Positions 23,590-36,390 are shown, counted from the stretch's first letter. The stretch is 53,708 bases of DNA from Octopus bimaculoides (GCF_001194135.2 NC_069008.1:11062735-11116442), one strand, 5' to 3'. Translations and numbers: made by a program. The notes: generated from the sequence alone by a model not told the origin.

Positions 23590-25786
23590 ATACAAAATTG
23601 ATACAGAAACCTTCGCTAAAGCAGTAGGCAAACTGCAGAATGGGAAGGCACCTGGAAGGGACCTAATAGTTAGATGTTGGGACAAGGGGCTGACATTTTA
23701 TAGGAACCACTGATATGTATATTTAAAAGGACTGTAGAAAGTCAGATTGACATACCAAATTGGATTGCTGCAGCAAGGAAAAATCTTGTTGCTGAAAATG
23801 AAGTCACTGAAACAGCAGGAAACTACAGGTCCATTGTTTGCCTAAGTATTATGTACAAACTGTACACAAGTTGCTTCATCCAATTCCTCCAGGACCATTA
23901 TGATGAACAGGCTGGTGGAAACAAGGGAGTGTGGGTATGTGCCAAACAACTTTTAGTAAACAAAGCTGTTCTGTCTGAAGTAAGAAAACAACACAGAAAT
24001 CTTGTGACAGTATGGCTTAACTATAAGAAAGCATTTGACTCTATCCCTCATTCATGGCTGTTAAAGTGCCTACATCTGGCAAAAGTACCTACTACTTTAA
24101 TTGCTGCTATAGAGAGTCTCACAAAGACATAGACGACAATTCTTACCCTTACAAATGAGAACAGAATAATTGTTTCTGATAGAATAGGCATTTCAAAAGG
24201 AATATTCCAGGGAGATTGTCTTTCTGTACTTCTTTCATTTTGGCACTGAATCCATTATCATCCCTACTGAAGAAAACAAATGGTTACATGTTAGGATCTT
24301 CTAGGACCTTCAACTGGTTACATGCTAGGAGCTTCAACTGCAAGAAATATCAATGGAACTCATAATTTCTTTGTAGATGACCTGAAGATTTATGCTAAAA
24401 GTGTCAACAATGCCAGAAAACAACGGGAATTAATACCAACATTTTCAGTTGATATAGGCATGGAATTTGGCCAAAAGAAATGTTCATATTTAGTTATAGA
24501 ATGAGGAAAGTCAGTCCCCTAAACCCAAAACCTGTGCATCAACGGTCTCTCTATCTCCCCCATTCCACACAAAAAATGTTACAAGTTCCTAGGCATAAAA
24601 GAAACTGTATTGTATGAAGACACTCTGAATAAAAATAGAACGACCCGAGACTATTTCACCAGACTTAGGAAAATATGGCAATCAGAACTCTCCTCTTACA
24701 ACAAAACAATATCCCACAATGCATTTGCAGTACCAATGCTGATCCCAACATTTGGGATACTTGTTTGGTCTGTAGAGGAAATCCACTCCATAGATATCAA
24801 AACCCGCAAAATCCTGACAACAACTGGGAACTTCCACAGAAACAGTGATGTTCACAGGCTCTACCTAAGAAGAAATGAAGGTGGTAGAGGCCTGAGATCA
24901 GTGCAGATGGCCTTCGAATGCTATATGGTATCACTCAGGCAGCACCTGCTAAACAACAGCAGCAAAAATAGATATATTAACGCAGTGCTGAAAGTGAAGT
25001 GAGCAACATTGTATGAGTTGGCAGTGAACTCCTCAAGAAACACTCTCTTCCTGATGAAGACCTGGATGGAAAGCACTCAGTATACAAAAAACATAAACCA
25101 TGAATGGTAGCTTGAAGAAGACAGTAGAATTGAAATGAAGCGCAGCCTCTCTTGGACACAAGGCTATGCGTTTGCAATCCAGGAACAGGAGATTGCTGCA
25201 AAGTACCTGGTGAACAAGAGACACAGTGATGCTCTTGAAATCCCTAGGTGCAACCTATGCGGCATGATGTTGTTGCTAAAACAAATTACAATGCCATCTG
25301 CAATAAAGACTGTCCTAAAATAAACTTTGAAAATCCCTGTTATGGAATGTATTCATAAACACCATCTCAAGGAATACTCATGGAATATTCCAATAAAAAT
25401 TTCTGTCAAATATAAACATAACAGAAGGGCAAAGGTATGTACCGTCATGGAGTTTAGCTGCCCTGTAGATATAAATATCTCTTTGAAAATCAAAGAAAAA
25501 GAGGATATCTATGGACAACTGCTTCGAAACCTCCAGCTTCTATATCCAGGCTATGAATTCATATACCAATAATAATTGGAACACTAGGTTTTCTTAGTAA
25601 ATGCTTAAAGGAGAATCTGGATAAACTGGGATTTTCAGAAAGAGAAATCAACCGGCTAATTCGTACATTACAAGTCCAATCCGTGAGTGGAACAGTAAAA
25701 ATATGCAAGACTTTTTTCATGTTCCAAATGTGAATTTGTCCAAAGATGGAGCCTTGTATCTTTGTTGAAAACCGGCTCCCTTCTCA
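23590..25786 (+). mobile_element. R4/Dong-like (RLE) non-LTR retrotransposon, 5'-truncated and decayed
   Basis: GKAPGRD, NYRSIVCLSIMYKL, WLNYKKAFDSIPHSW, GIFQGDCLS, FVDDLKIY, RLYLRRNEGGRGL, QEQEI, EFSCPVD..KEK RLE-type region; (TACA)n on both sides. Confidence 0.85.
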
Positions 25787-26176
25787 TACATACATACATA
25801 CATACATACATACATACATACATGCATACATACATACATGCATGCATGCATACATACATACATACATACAAGCAAGCAAACAAACAAACAAACAAGCAAA
25901 AAACAAGGAATACTGGTGGAACACTCTAATAAAAGCAGTAATTCAATGCAAATATAACAGGCCTAATATTGTTCAGTGGGGCTGGAAACAAAAGTAGAGG
26001 TCAGCTGCCCAGCAGATGTGAATGTACAATCAAAAGTTCAGGAAAAAGAAAACATTTATGATGAATTAATGTGGAACATTCAGCTCTTGTACCTGAATAT
26101 AAATTGTACCCTGAATATAAATTCTCATCTGTACCTTATCATCATATGTACATTAGGTTATGTACCAATAAATTTG

Positions 26177-26339
26177 ATAGCCTCGTCACACTGTGTCACG
26201 CTGAATATCCCCGAGAACTACGTTAAGGGTACACGTGTCTGTGGAGTGCCACTTGCACGTTAATTTCACGAGCAGGCCGTTCCGTTGATCGGATCAACAG
26301 GAACCCTCGACGTCATAAACGACGGAGTACCAACAACAA
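26177..26339 (+). mobile_element. SINE family C, 5'-truncated, with 11 bp TSD
   Basis: Near-identical to the 3' part of 26560-26948; caataaatttg at 26166-26176 and 26340-26350; (caa)n tail. Confidence 0.85.
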
Positions 26340-26559
26340 CAATAAATTTGCACAAAAATTTTGAAATATTCAGTTTCACAGTGAAAGTGCAAAATAAAAA
26401 TTAAAAAGCAAAACTCATGCAAATTCTCCAAATCCAATCCATTAGTGGCACGGTGAAGATTTGTAAGAGATTCTAAAAGTTCTCCATATGAGATTCTTTA
26501 GGTGAATAGATACACACATTTGGATGTATGCATTGACAGCTCAACCAACTCACCAACTC

Positions 26560-26948
26560 GTTGTTGTTGTTGGCACTCCATTGCTTACGACGTCGAGGGT
26601 TCCAGTCGATCCGATCAACGGAACAGCCTGCTCGTGAAATTAACGTGCAAGTGGCTGAGCACTCCATAGACACGTGTACCCTTAACGTAGTTCTCGGGGA
26701 TATTCAGCGTGACACAGTGTGACCAGGCTGACCCTTTAAATTACGGGCACAACAGAAACAGGAAGTAAGAGTGAGAGAAAGTTGTGGTGAAAGAGTACAG
26801 CAGGGTTCGCCACCATCCCCTGCCGGAGCCTCGTGGAGCTTTAGATGTTTTCGTTCAATAAACACTCACAACGCCCGGTCTGGGAATCGAAACCGTGATC
26901 CTATGACCACGAGTCCACTGCCCTAACCACTGGGCCATTACGCCTCCA
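26560..26948 (-). mobile_element. tRNA-derived SINE family C, full length, with 14 bp TSD
   Basis: Head tggcccagtggttagg (A box), ggtttcgattccc (B box), (caa)n tail; TSD caactcacc(a/g)actc at 26546-26559 and 26949-26962. Confidence 0.9.
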
Positions 26949-27969
26949 CAACTCACCGACTCAACCACATATATACAAACACAGGGAACTCTCTTAACTA
27001 AAAAAATCTTGTTGCTTTGTTTGCGACCGGTTTGAACTCTCTCAAAAACTTAGATTAAACTCAAAGAAAAATCATTCATACATACATATAAACATACATA
27101 CATGCATACATACATACATGCATACATACATACATACATACATACATACATGATGATGATGATAATAGACTCATCTTACCAGATGGTAGCCATTTCACAT
27201 TCAATCTGCTTTTTCTGATTTACTTTCATCCTTGCATGTGTATGGATATCACCATAGGACTTTATAAAATATAAAATGAATCAAGAAATGAAATGATAGT
27301 GAGACATCTTATATGTCAGTCATTGGATTAAAGCAACAAAAGCTTGTACAACGCTTTTGCCACTCTCTCAGTCACCATAGCAGCTTCCAGTGACAAGCAT
27401 TGCAGGATGACTGGTGCTATTTTAACTGCAAAAGTAGTTTCCTCCTCAAATAGTTGCTTAGACCATAGTTTTGTCAAAAATAACTGGAGCTTTCTCTACC
27501 CCTGGGAAATCTATTTAACTCATAGGTGGGACTCTAACAGGTACTACCATTCAGGGTCAGAACAAACATGGGACTAATGGTAATTAAAGGGTGTCTCCAT
27601 CCTCCCCACAACTTCACAACTCCCAAACTGGAGCATCACCATCAGATGTAGAGAAAATCGATGAAAAACAGATAACTACTTTGAGTGATGCATTCTTTGA
27701 TTTAGATGCTTTTAATTTTCTTTTAAAAGTGAAAACAATATAAACAGAGAAGTCAACTTACAACACCGTTTCTCCGAAGAATTCTTGAAGAAGGGGTTCT
27801 AACACTGAAATATCAGAATACAATATCAAAGTACAAATGATAGACGTGTATTATTTCTTGCATTGTTTTGTCTTTAACAAGAAAAAATTAGAACACTTAT
27901 GTATATATATATATATATATAAGTGTTCTATATATATATATAACACAGTCTGTTAAAGTCTGTCATACC

Positions 27970-28009
27970 GGCCAGGACAAAGGGAAATAGCCCTGAAACT
28001 CGAGTCGCC
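27970..28009 (+). ncRNA. Degenerate minimal hammerhead relic
   Basis: ggc-CAGGACA-a-aggg aaatag ccct-GAAAC-tcga-GTC-gcc: stems I and II and palindromic stem III intact, CUGANGA core has 3 mismatches. Confidence 0.35.
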
Positions 28010-28444
28010 TTTATATATATATATTTATATTTATATATTTATATATTTGATCCTTTATATTGAACACTCAATATTTCATCTACATTCAATACTTTCTTTC
28101 ATGGTGCCATCCATTTTTATTTTATTTTATTTTATATTGTATATTGTATATTATATTATATATTGTATATTCCATATTCTATACCCCACATTAGTTCTGC
28201 AGGAATATAAATAAAACATAAAAAACAGACAGTGTTGGAACTCTTTTAAACAAAATAATATATTCCTCTATACACAATCATACAAAAAAAACCACCTTTT
28301 TTGTATTTATTTTTACTCGCATATNNNNNNNNNNNNNNNNNNNNNNNNNNNNNNNNNNNNNNNNNNNNNNNNNNNNNNNNNNNNNNNNNNNNNNNNNNNN
28401 NNNNNNNNNNNNNNNNNNATATATATATATATATATACATATAT

Positions 28445-28760
28445 ATACATAGGCGTAGGTGTGGCTGTGTGGTAAGCAGCTTCCTTCCTAATCACATGGT
28501 TTGGGGTCAGTCCCCCTGCGTGGCACTTTGGGCAAGTGTCTTCTACAATAACTTTGGGCAAACTAAAGCCTTGTGCATGGATTTGGTAAACAGAAACTGG
28601 AAGAAGCCAGTCATATATATGTATATATTTGTGTGTGTGTGTGTATGTCTTTGTGCCTGTGATTGTTCCCACCACCACTTGACAACCAGTGTTGGTGTGT
28701 TTACGTCCCATAACTTAGTGGCTTGGCAAAAAGAGACTGATAGCATAAGTGCTATATATT
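28445..28760 (+). mobile_element. SINE family A
   Basis: Head ggcgtaggtgtggctgtgtggtaag and core; runs into a gap. Confidence 0.8.
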
Positions 28761-29408
28761 TNNNNNNNNNNNNNNNNNNNNNNNNNNNNNNNNNNNNNNN
28801 NNNNNNNNNNNNNNNNNNNNNNNNNNNNNNNNNNNNNNNNNNNNNNNNNNNNNNNNNNNNNNNNNNNNNNNNNNNNNNNNNNNNNNNNNNNNNNNNNNNN
28901 NNNNNNNNNNNNNNNNNNNNNNNNNNNNNNNNNNNNNNNNNNNNNNNNNNNNNNNNNNNNNNNNNNNNNNNNNNNNNNNNNNNNNNNNNNNNNNNNNNNN
29001 NNNNNNNNNNNNNNNNNNNNNNNNNNNNNNNNNNNNNNNNNNNNNNNNNNNNNNNNNNNNNNNNNNNNNNNNNNNNNNNNNNNNNNNNNNNNNNNNNNNN
29101 NNNNNNNNNNNNNNNNNNNNNNNNNNNNNNNNNNNNNNNNNNNNNNNNNNNNNNNNNNNNNNNNNNNNNNNNNNNNNNNNNNNNNNNNNNNNNNNNNNNN
29201 NNNNNNNNNNNNNNNNNNNNNNNNNNNNNNNNNNNNNNNNNNNNNNNNNNNNNNNNTATTCTTTTATTCTTTTATGTTTCAGCCTTGAGGCTGTGGTCGT
29301 GCTGTGGTATATGTATATACTCATACATATTTATATATATACATATCTGTCTACCTACCTATTTATCTATCCATCTATCAATCTCTCTCTCTCTCCCTCT
29401 CTTTGTAT

Positions 29409-29449
<41 letters not shown>

Positions 29450-29634
29450 CACACATGTCCTTTTATCTTCTGTCTATCAAATTGATTTATAAAGCTTATA
29501 GTGGAAAACATCTGACAAAATGTGCTGAAAACATCTGACAATGGTGCTGAACCTAAAACCACATGACTGGAAGGCCGTACATGCTTGTCATGAAGCAGAA
29601 GTACTTTAGCAGCTGACCATTGTAGTATATATAT

Positions 29635-30235
29635 ACACTTCAGTTCTTGTTGCATTGTGTCAGGTTCTTGGCAATATCTCTGCTGTGTTGGCTGTCAGAA
29701 TTCAAGAATGAGTAGTGGAGGATTTCACTTATCAACCACCAAATTCATAAGATTCATAGCTTCTTTTTGATGTATCTTGAGGAGACCTTGCTTCAATCTG
29801 GTCACTGTGCTGTACACTATGTAGGAGGATCCATTTATTGTGTCACAATGCAATGGAAAAATGAATCATTTTTGCTATTCAAAAGAAGGGCCAGCAAACA
29901 TTGTAATGGAGATATTTGTTTTTGTATTTTCATTCAACTTTTACTGCATTGATTAGAAAGGGTTTTTGCCTTACCAGTGGTGCAAATGTCAAACATGCTT
30001 TTTTTCAATGTTCTGTATTTAGTTCTGCAACCTCTTAATCTTTTTCCTTTCTTTTCTTTCATTTATTTTTTCTTTTGCAGCGGTGTGCATCCACTTTCAT
30101 AATGGTCTTCAATTAATCATTGTCACTCATAGAATGTTGTCTATGACTTCTTTCATTTATAAATCTTTCATCTCCACTACAAAATTTTTGGAACCAATTC
30201 TGAACTGTGCAGCTTATCTTTCATTTTTTCTTTTA
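29635..30235 (-). mobile_element. Mariner transposase relic (N-terminal and central part)
   Basis: CTVQNWFQKFCSGDE..DND*LKTIMKVD..KIHQK..IWWL..ILHYSFL..TAEIYCQ..MQQEL. Confidence 0.7.
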
Positions 30236-31749
30236 CTTGTTTCAGACACTAGACTGGTCATGCTGGGGCACTGCCTTGAAAAACTTTTAGTCAAATGAAT
30301 CAACTCCCATGCTTATTTTTATTTTTAAACTTGGTACTTATTCTATTGATCTCTTTTGTTGAACCACTAAGTTACAGGGACGTGAATGCCAACATGGCTG
30401 TCAAGCAGTGGTGGGGGACAAACACAGACACAGACACACTTACATATATATTCAAATATGAAATAGAAGCAGCATTAGTGAAATAAATGTTATTAACCAC
30501 TTACTTAACATACATACTCCATATATTTGCTGGAAGGCTGCAATATGGCTTGGTGGAGAAAACATCTGAAAGTCAGGGACAGGCAAGATAAACCACCTCA
30601 AATCCCATCCGGAAGAGGTGGGCATTAATCTTTTGCCTTTTTTGTCACTTATCAACATCACGTACCTGAACTGAATTGTAAATGAATCATACTGCTTTCC
30701 ATGACTTATATGTACATAGTGTGAAAATTATGAGCTGGTATGCCTACACAGTGCATGTATAAGAATAAATTCAAATATGAATTAGGAGTAGTGCTAGTGT
30801 AATAAACAATTTCAACCACATATAGTTATTGTATATGCGTAGTGTATTTGCTGGTAGGTTGCAGTTTGGTCTGGTGGAGAATACTCTCTCAAAATGCCAC
30901 AAAAATGACAAAACATTGACAAGCCACAAAAATGGTGAAACATCAATGTCCATCACTTCTGGATGGGATTAGAAGTGATTTACCTCACCTGTCCATGACT
31001 TTCAAGTGTTTTAACACCTGGCATTTTGAGAGAGCATTCTCTACCAGCCAAATCCACCATGCCATTCATTGTGTTTTGTCACGGAGAAAATTACTTGCTA
31101 TAGAAAAACGGGATAAGTACACCAAAATCAGCCCCCAACACCACCCATTCAAACTGAGATGCAAGTATATTTGAACTGGTAATTACATTGTTTTTATGCA
31201 CATTACTGCTTAGTACTCCCACCCTACAAGTTAAGTATTTTTGGTTGATAATATATATATGATAGGCTTCTTTCAGTTTCTGTCTACCAAATCCACTTAC
31301 AAGGCTTTAGTGAGCCTGAGGCTATATTAGAGGACACTTACCTAAGGTGCCACACAGTGTGACTGAACCCAGAACCATATGGTTTGGGAGGCAAGCTTCT
31401 TATCACATAATCACACCTGCACCGATAGTCTGTTGACTACCTCCTAGCCAAATGCTTGGTTTATGTTGCAGGTAGTTTCTAATTTGTCTTTGATTTTCAC
31501 CTCATACATTAACATCACTTGAAATTGTTTTTTCTTTCCATCATACATTTGGTCTTACTAAATATATTGCATTTTAAAAATATGTCTTACATGAACACAG
31601 TTAAATAAAAGTCTATTTCAAAACAAGCATTAAAATATAAAATGCAACATATTTAGCACCAAACTCTTCTTAAGATCACAGTTATATGAAACTTGAGCCA
31701 TAATTAAGAAATACAGTGTTGACAAACAACATACATATATGTGACTGCA

Positions 31750-31781
<32 letters not shown>

Positions 31782-32843
31782 CGTGCGCGTGCGTGTGTGT
31801 GTGTGCATGTGTATCTAATATAATAAATGTGAAAACTAATTTCTGTGTGTCAGTGTGTCGCATTTTGACCCTCTCTGTCACTATTCATTGACACCTCTAC
31901 TATTGCTCATGCCGGGGGTGAGAGTAATAGTAGGCATAAAGACAGTGAGAGTGGTGGTGAAGACAGAGAGAGAGAGAAAGAGAGGGAAAGAAAAAAAGAC
32001 AAAGAAATTTAGGGAGAGTTGATGCTGTTTTTATTAAAAGTAGTAGAGTTGATGGTGGGAGTAACAATAAGAGAGAGAGAAAGATTGGGTATGTGAGAGA
32101 AAGAGGGACTGAACACTGAACCAACAAACTGAACTAACATACTGAATGAACATACTGAACACAATTCCTTTACACACACATTTAGCCTTTTTGTGATGGT
32201 AATGGGATTATAATAATAGAATGAGCTGTAGTTGTGATAGAGGTGGAGACAGTGATGATGATGTAGTGGTGGTGGTGGTCAGGGATGATGGTGAGAGTAA
32301 GTGATGTGAAAGACAGTAGTGACAGTGATGGAGGGGAAGGCGGTAAAGTCAAAGGTATTGATGGTAGTGTGAAGTCTGAATGGTGTGTGTATGGCAGATG
32401 TGGTGGCAATGGCAGTGGTAGTTCCAAGTCAACAAATTCTATCATTGTTTTGATGAAAATTGTTCATTGCTGGAAAAATATTGTTCAAGGTTAATAAAAT
32501 TTAATATGTACCCAATGCATGAAGTGACATTGTTGGGCCCAAGGCCTAATAAAGAGCTCTCCACAGGAGCTGCGTTTGTCCCCACCACTGTTTGATAACT
32601 GGTGTTTGTGTGTTTACAACTTTGTAACTTAACAGTTTGGCAAAAGAGACTGATACAATAAGTACCAGGCTTAAAAAAATGTATTGGTGTTGATTCATTC
32701 AACTAAAAATTCTTCAAGGTGGTGCCCCAGCATGGCCACAGTCTAACGACTGAAAGACGTAAAAGATAAAAGATATAAATAAATATATATACGCACACAC
32801 AAGCATATATATATATATAAGCAACAAAGATATCCAAAGTTAA

Positions 32844-32931
32844 TGCAGTACGAGCGTTTCATGCGACTCCATTTATTTAATCAATGTGAACATTACATCA
32901 AATGTAAAATGCCGAGCAATCCTCAGCTGCA
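32844..32931 (-). ncRNA. Type I hammerhead ribozyme-like motif, long stem II (copy E)
   Basis: UGCAG-CUGAGGA-UUGC...GCAU-GAAA-C-GCUC-GUA-CUGCA; Watson-Crick stem III. Confidence 0.65.
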
Positions 32932-33892
32932 CAAAGATATAGAAATTTACTGAAATTACATTTCAACAGAAGGACATATTTTTATAACTACATTTAAACT
33001 CTCCAAGTAGAAAGGAAGAATACAAAAAACCATTTTGACTTAGCCAGACCATACAGACAGACTTTTGGAATAGCACTCCTATATAAGTTGGATTTTCTCC
33101 ATTTTCACTGGAATTTCTCAAATTTTTTCAATCCCACTCTCGCAAATGACAGAGAGAAGCTTTTTATGAAAATATTAAAAAAAAATATATGATCTCCTTC
33201 NNNNNNNNNNNNNNNNNNNNNNNNNNNNNNNNNNNNNNNNNNNNNNNNNNNNNNNNNNNNNNNNNNNNNNNNNNNNNNNNNNNNNNNNNNNNNNNNNNNN
33301 NNNNNNNNNNNNNNNNNNNNNNNNNNNNNNNNNNNNNNNNNNNNNNNNNNNNNNNNNNNNNNNNNNNNNNNNNNNNNNNNNNNNNNNNNNNNNNNNNNNN
33401 NNNNNNNNNNNNNNNNNNNNNNNNNNNNNNNNNNNNNNNNNNNNNNNNNNNNNNNNNNNNAAAATCATAGCTTTAAAATATGGATAGTCCAAATCTGCTA
33501 AATATTTCTGATTATAATTACAAAATAATTTTCAGATAAAATGGTATGAGATCTAAGGGATATTTAGCTGATGTTTCTAGCTCATCCCACGACCACCTGG
33601 TATCTTCCTCATTTCTTTGTCAGCTTGACATGAACTGATGTTTTTCAATATTTTCTCCCCATAAACACATTTTATGGAATGATGATGTTGTAGTGCATTG
33701 CTGCCATTTAGGCAACACCAAAAAAGTTTTGTAATTTAAATTCTTGACCCCCCACCCCGCAACAAGTGTGTGTGTGTATGTGTGTGTGTGTGTGTATGTG
33801 TGTGTGTATGTGTGTGTGTGTGTGTATGTAAGAAAACTCATATTCACTAAGAGAAAAATATCCTATTAAAATAAATTATTTTTTTACATATA

Positions 33893-34071
33893 GGCGTAGG
33901 AGTGGCTCTGTGGTAAGTAGCTTACTTACCAGCCACATGGTTCCAGGTTCAGTCCCACTGCGTGGCACCTTGGGCAAGTGTCTTCTACTATAGCTTTGGG
34001 CTGACCAAAGCCTTGTGAGTGGATTTGGTAGATGGAAACTGAAAGAAGCCTGTCGTATATATGTATATATG

Positions 34072-34102
<31 letters not shown>

Positions 34103-34313
34103 TTATGTGTCTGTGTCTTTCCCCCCAACATCGCTTGACAACCGATGCCGGTGTGTTTACGTCCCCCATAATTTAGCAGCTCGGCAAAAGAGACCGATAG
34201 AATAAGTACTAGACTTACAAAGAATAAGTCCTGGGGTCGATTTGCTCGACTAAAGGTGGTGCTCCAGCATGGCCACAGTCAAATGACTGAAACAAGTAAA
34301 AGAGTAAAGAGTA
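33893..34313 (+). mobile_element. SINE family A, near full length
   Basis: Collinear with 8539-9011 from head to aaagagta tail. Confidence 0.85.
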
Positions 34314-35104
34314 TACCTTTTTCAAATCACCCAAATGAAATACATTAAACACATACATACATACACAAACACGCACACACACATACATACATATATATAC
34401 ACATTCAGTATGAGTGATATACATTACTAGAGAGTGAGAAAAAGTTTTGTAAATATATATAGCGAGAGGAAGAAAGTTTACAATGAGTAAAGCGAAAAAG
34501 AAAGAGATAGATAAATATAGGAATCTTTTCTGTTGCTGTCACAGATTTTGAAATTAAGTGAAAACTTTCAAACTTGTCATTTTTATGTTCTTTTTCACAC
34601 TGAATCCAATTTTGGGATTCATTTATTGCAGAAAAATTTTAGAAAAATGTTACAGAGGTTTAAAGTTTGGTAATTTTTACCCAATCGTGCATGAGAGATA
34701 ATGCACATACAAAGGGAGAGAGATAAAGAGTGTGGTAAATATATTGAGAGGGGGAAGGCATAAAAGAGAGAGAGAGTGTGATGATAACAGATAGAGAGTA
34801 GGAAAATTGTCAATCCTAAAGTTGAGTTATTTCTCATAGCAAAATATCCACCACTGTATGATAACCAGTGTTGGTCTGTTTATATCCATGTAACTCAGCA
34901 GTTTAGCAATAAGAGACTGTTAGAATAAGTACTAGGCTTTTAGAAAAATAAGTGCTGGCATTGATTTGTTTGACAAAACCTTTCCAGGTGGTGTGCAGAG
35001 CTTGGCTGCAGTCTAATGACTGAAGTAAGAAAAAACAAAAAGATATATACATATATATATGCATGTGCGTGAGCACACACACACACACACACACACACAA
35101 TATA

Positions 35105-35415
35105 GTGGCAGGAAACTCAAAACAGTGAGAATGAGTGTGCTAAACACCACATTGAGGGTTAAAAAGGGTGCCATTTCTTTTGTGCCTAGAGAATCTATAA
35201 GTTCATCAAGAATCAGTTCTCAGCCCTCTGTCATAGTCTTCCAGGCCACAACGGAGGAATTTGAGACTGGTTTCCCTTGGGAGATCCTATCCTCTACGCT
35301 GATGGCCTTGTTCTCGTAGCTGAATCACCACCTGAACTACAGAGGAAATTTCAGGTGTGGAAGCAAGGCCTGGAATGAAAGAACTTTAGAGTTAATTTAG
35401 CAAAGACCAAAATCT
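35105..35415 (+). mobile_element. RTE-clade RT core fragment
   Basis: [52 protein letters not shown] (decayed YADD motif). Confidence 0.7.
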
Positions 35416-35786
35416 TGTGTGTGTGTGTGTGTGTGTGTGCATGTGCGTGTGTGTGTGCGTGTGTGTATGTGCGTGTGTGCGTGCGTGTGTGTGTGTGTGT
35501 GTGTGTGCATGTGTTTGTCCTCCACCACTGCTTGACAATTGGTGTTGGTGTGTTTACATCCCTGTAACTTAGCAGCTCAGCAAAAGAGACCAATAGAATA
35601 AGCACCAGGCTTAAAAAATAGAAATAGGTACTGCAATTAATTTTGACTAAATTTCTTCAAGGCAGTACCCCATCATGGCCACAGTCTAATGATTGATACA
35701 AGAAAAGGACAAAAGATATATTTGTATGCACTCACGCACACACACTCATGTGCGTGCACATACACACACACACACATACACATTCA

Positions 35787-36390
35787 CTACTGGAGGAAAG
35801 TTTTATTCTCAGATGAGAAGAAATTCAACCTTGATAGTCCTGGTGATTTCTAATGATATTGGCATATGAAAGATATTTCACTGGAGACTTTTTCGATGAG
35901 GCACAGGGGTGGAGGTCTATCATGGTGTAGGGTGCTTTCTCATACAGAGGAATTATGGAACTTCAAGTTGTGTTGGGGCATCAGACAGCATCTAGCTATG
36001 CTGGCATGTTGGAGTGAGCATCACTCTTGACTGAAGACTGGTTGTATCAACGGGATAATGCTACAATCCAGAATGTTCACAGGCCAAAAGATTTCAGAAC
36101 AAATAATATTCATCTTTTGAATCTTCCTCCATGTTCTCCTGACCTAGACCCCATCAAAAGTCTTTGGGGGTGGATGGCAAAAGATGTTTACAAAAATAGA
36201 ATGCAATTTGAGACTGTGGATACTCTTTGCCAGGCAACCTCCTGCAAATGCTTGTATTGACTATGTGACTGTAAAGTTTTGAAGTTATTTACACGAATGG
36301 TGGAGCTACTAACTATTGAGCTCCTTTGTTTGCTATTTATTCATTGTTTTTGTTTATCATCGTCTTAAACTTTTGACCAGGCAAAATATT
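35787..36390 (+). mobile_element. Tc1/Tc3-like transposase relic with 3' TIR-like end
   Basis: WRKVLFSDEKKFNLDSP, YQRDNA, CSPDLDPIKSLWGWMAKDVY; gtcttaaacttttgacc near 36362-36380. Confidence 0.8.

Larger units (their letters stand above)
25900..27077 (+). mobile_element. Second R4/Dong-like 3' fragment interrupted by two SINEs
   Basis: VEVSCPADVNV..KVQEKENIYDEL..IICTLGYVP, then QIQSISGTVKICKRF, paralogous to QVQSVSGTVKICKTF of the first copy; ends in (TACA)n. Confidence 0.7.

Noticed and set aside
24610-25002. 130 aa ORF as a host gene
   Set aside because: It is a segment of the R4-like LINE RT, flanked by stops and frameshifts.
26880-26948. tRNA gene candidates (also at 8539, 33893, 45780)
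   Set aside because: A/B boxes continue into SINE bodies with tails and, for 26560-26948, a TSD; no complete cloverleaf.
30040-30298. Strong pyrimidine tract plus GCAG at about 30080 and ORF 30083-30298
   Set aside because: Lies within an antisense mariner relic; no convincing donor or coding character. Exonisation cannot be excluded without RNA data.
32182-32494. Gly/Ser/Asp-rich ORF 32285-32494 and Pro-rich antisense ORF
   Set aside because: Decayed (GGT/GAT)n low-complexity sequence with no splice or domain support.
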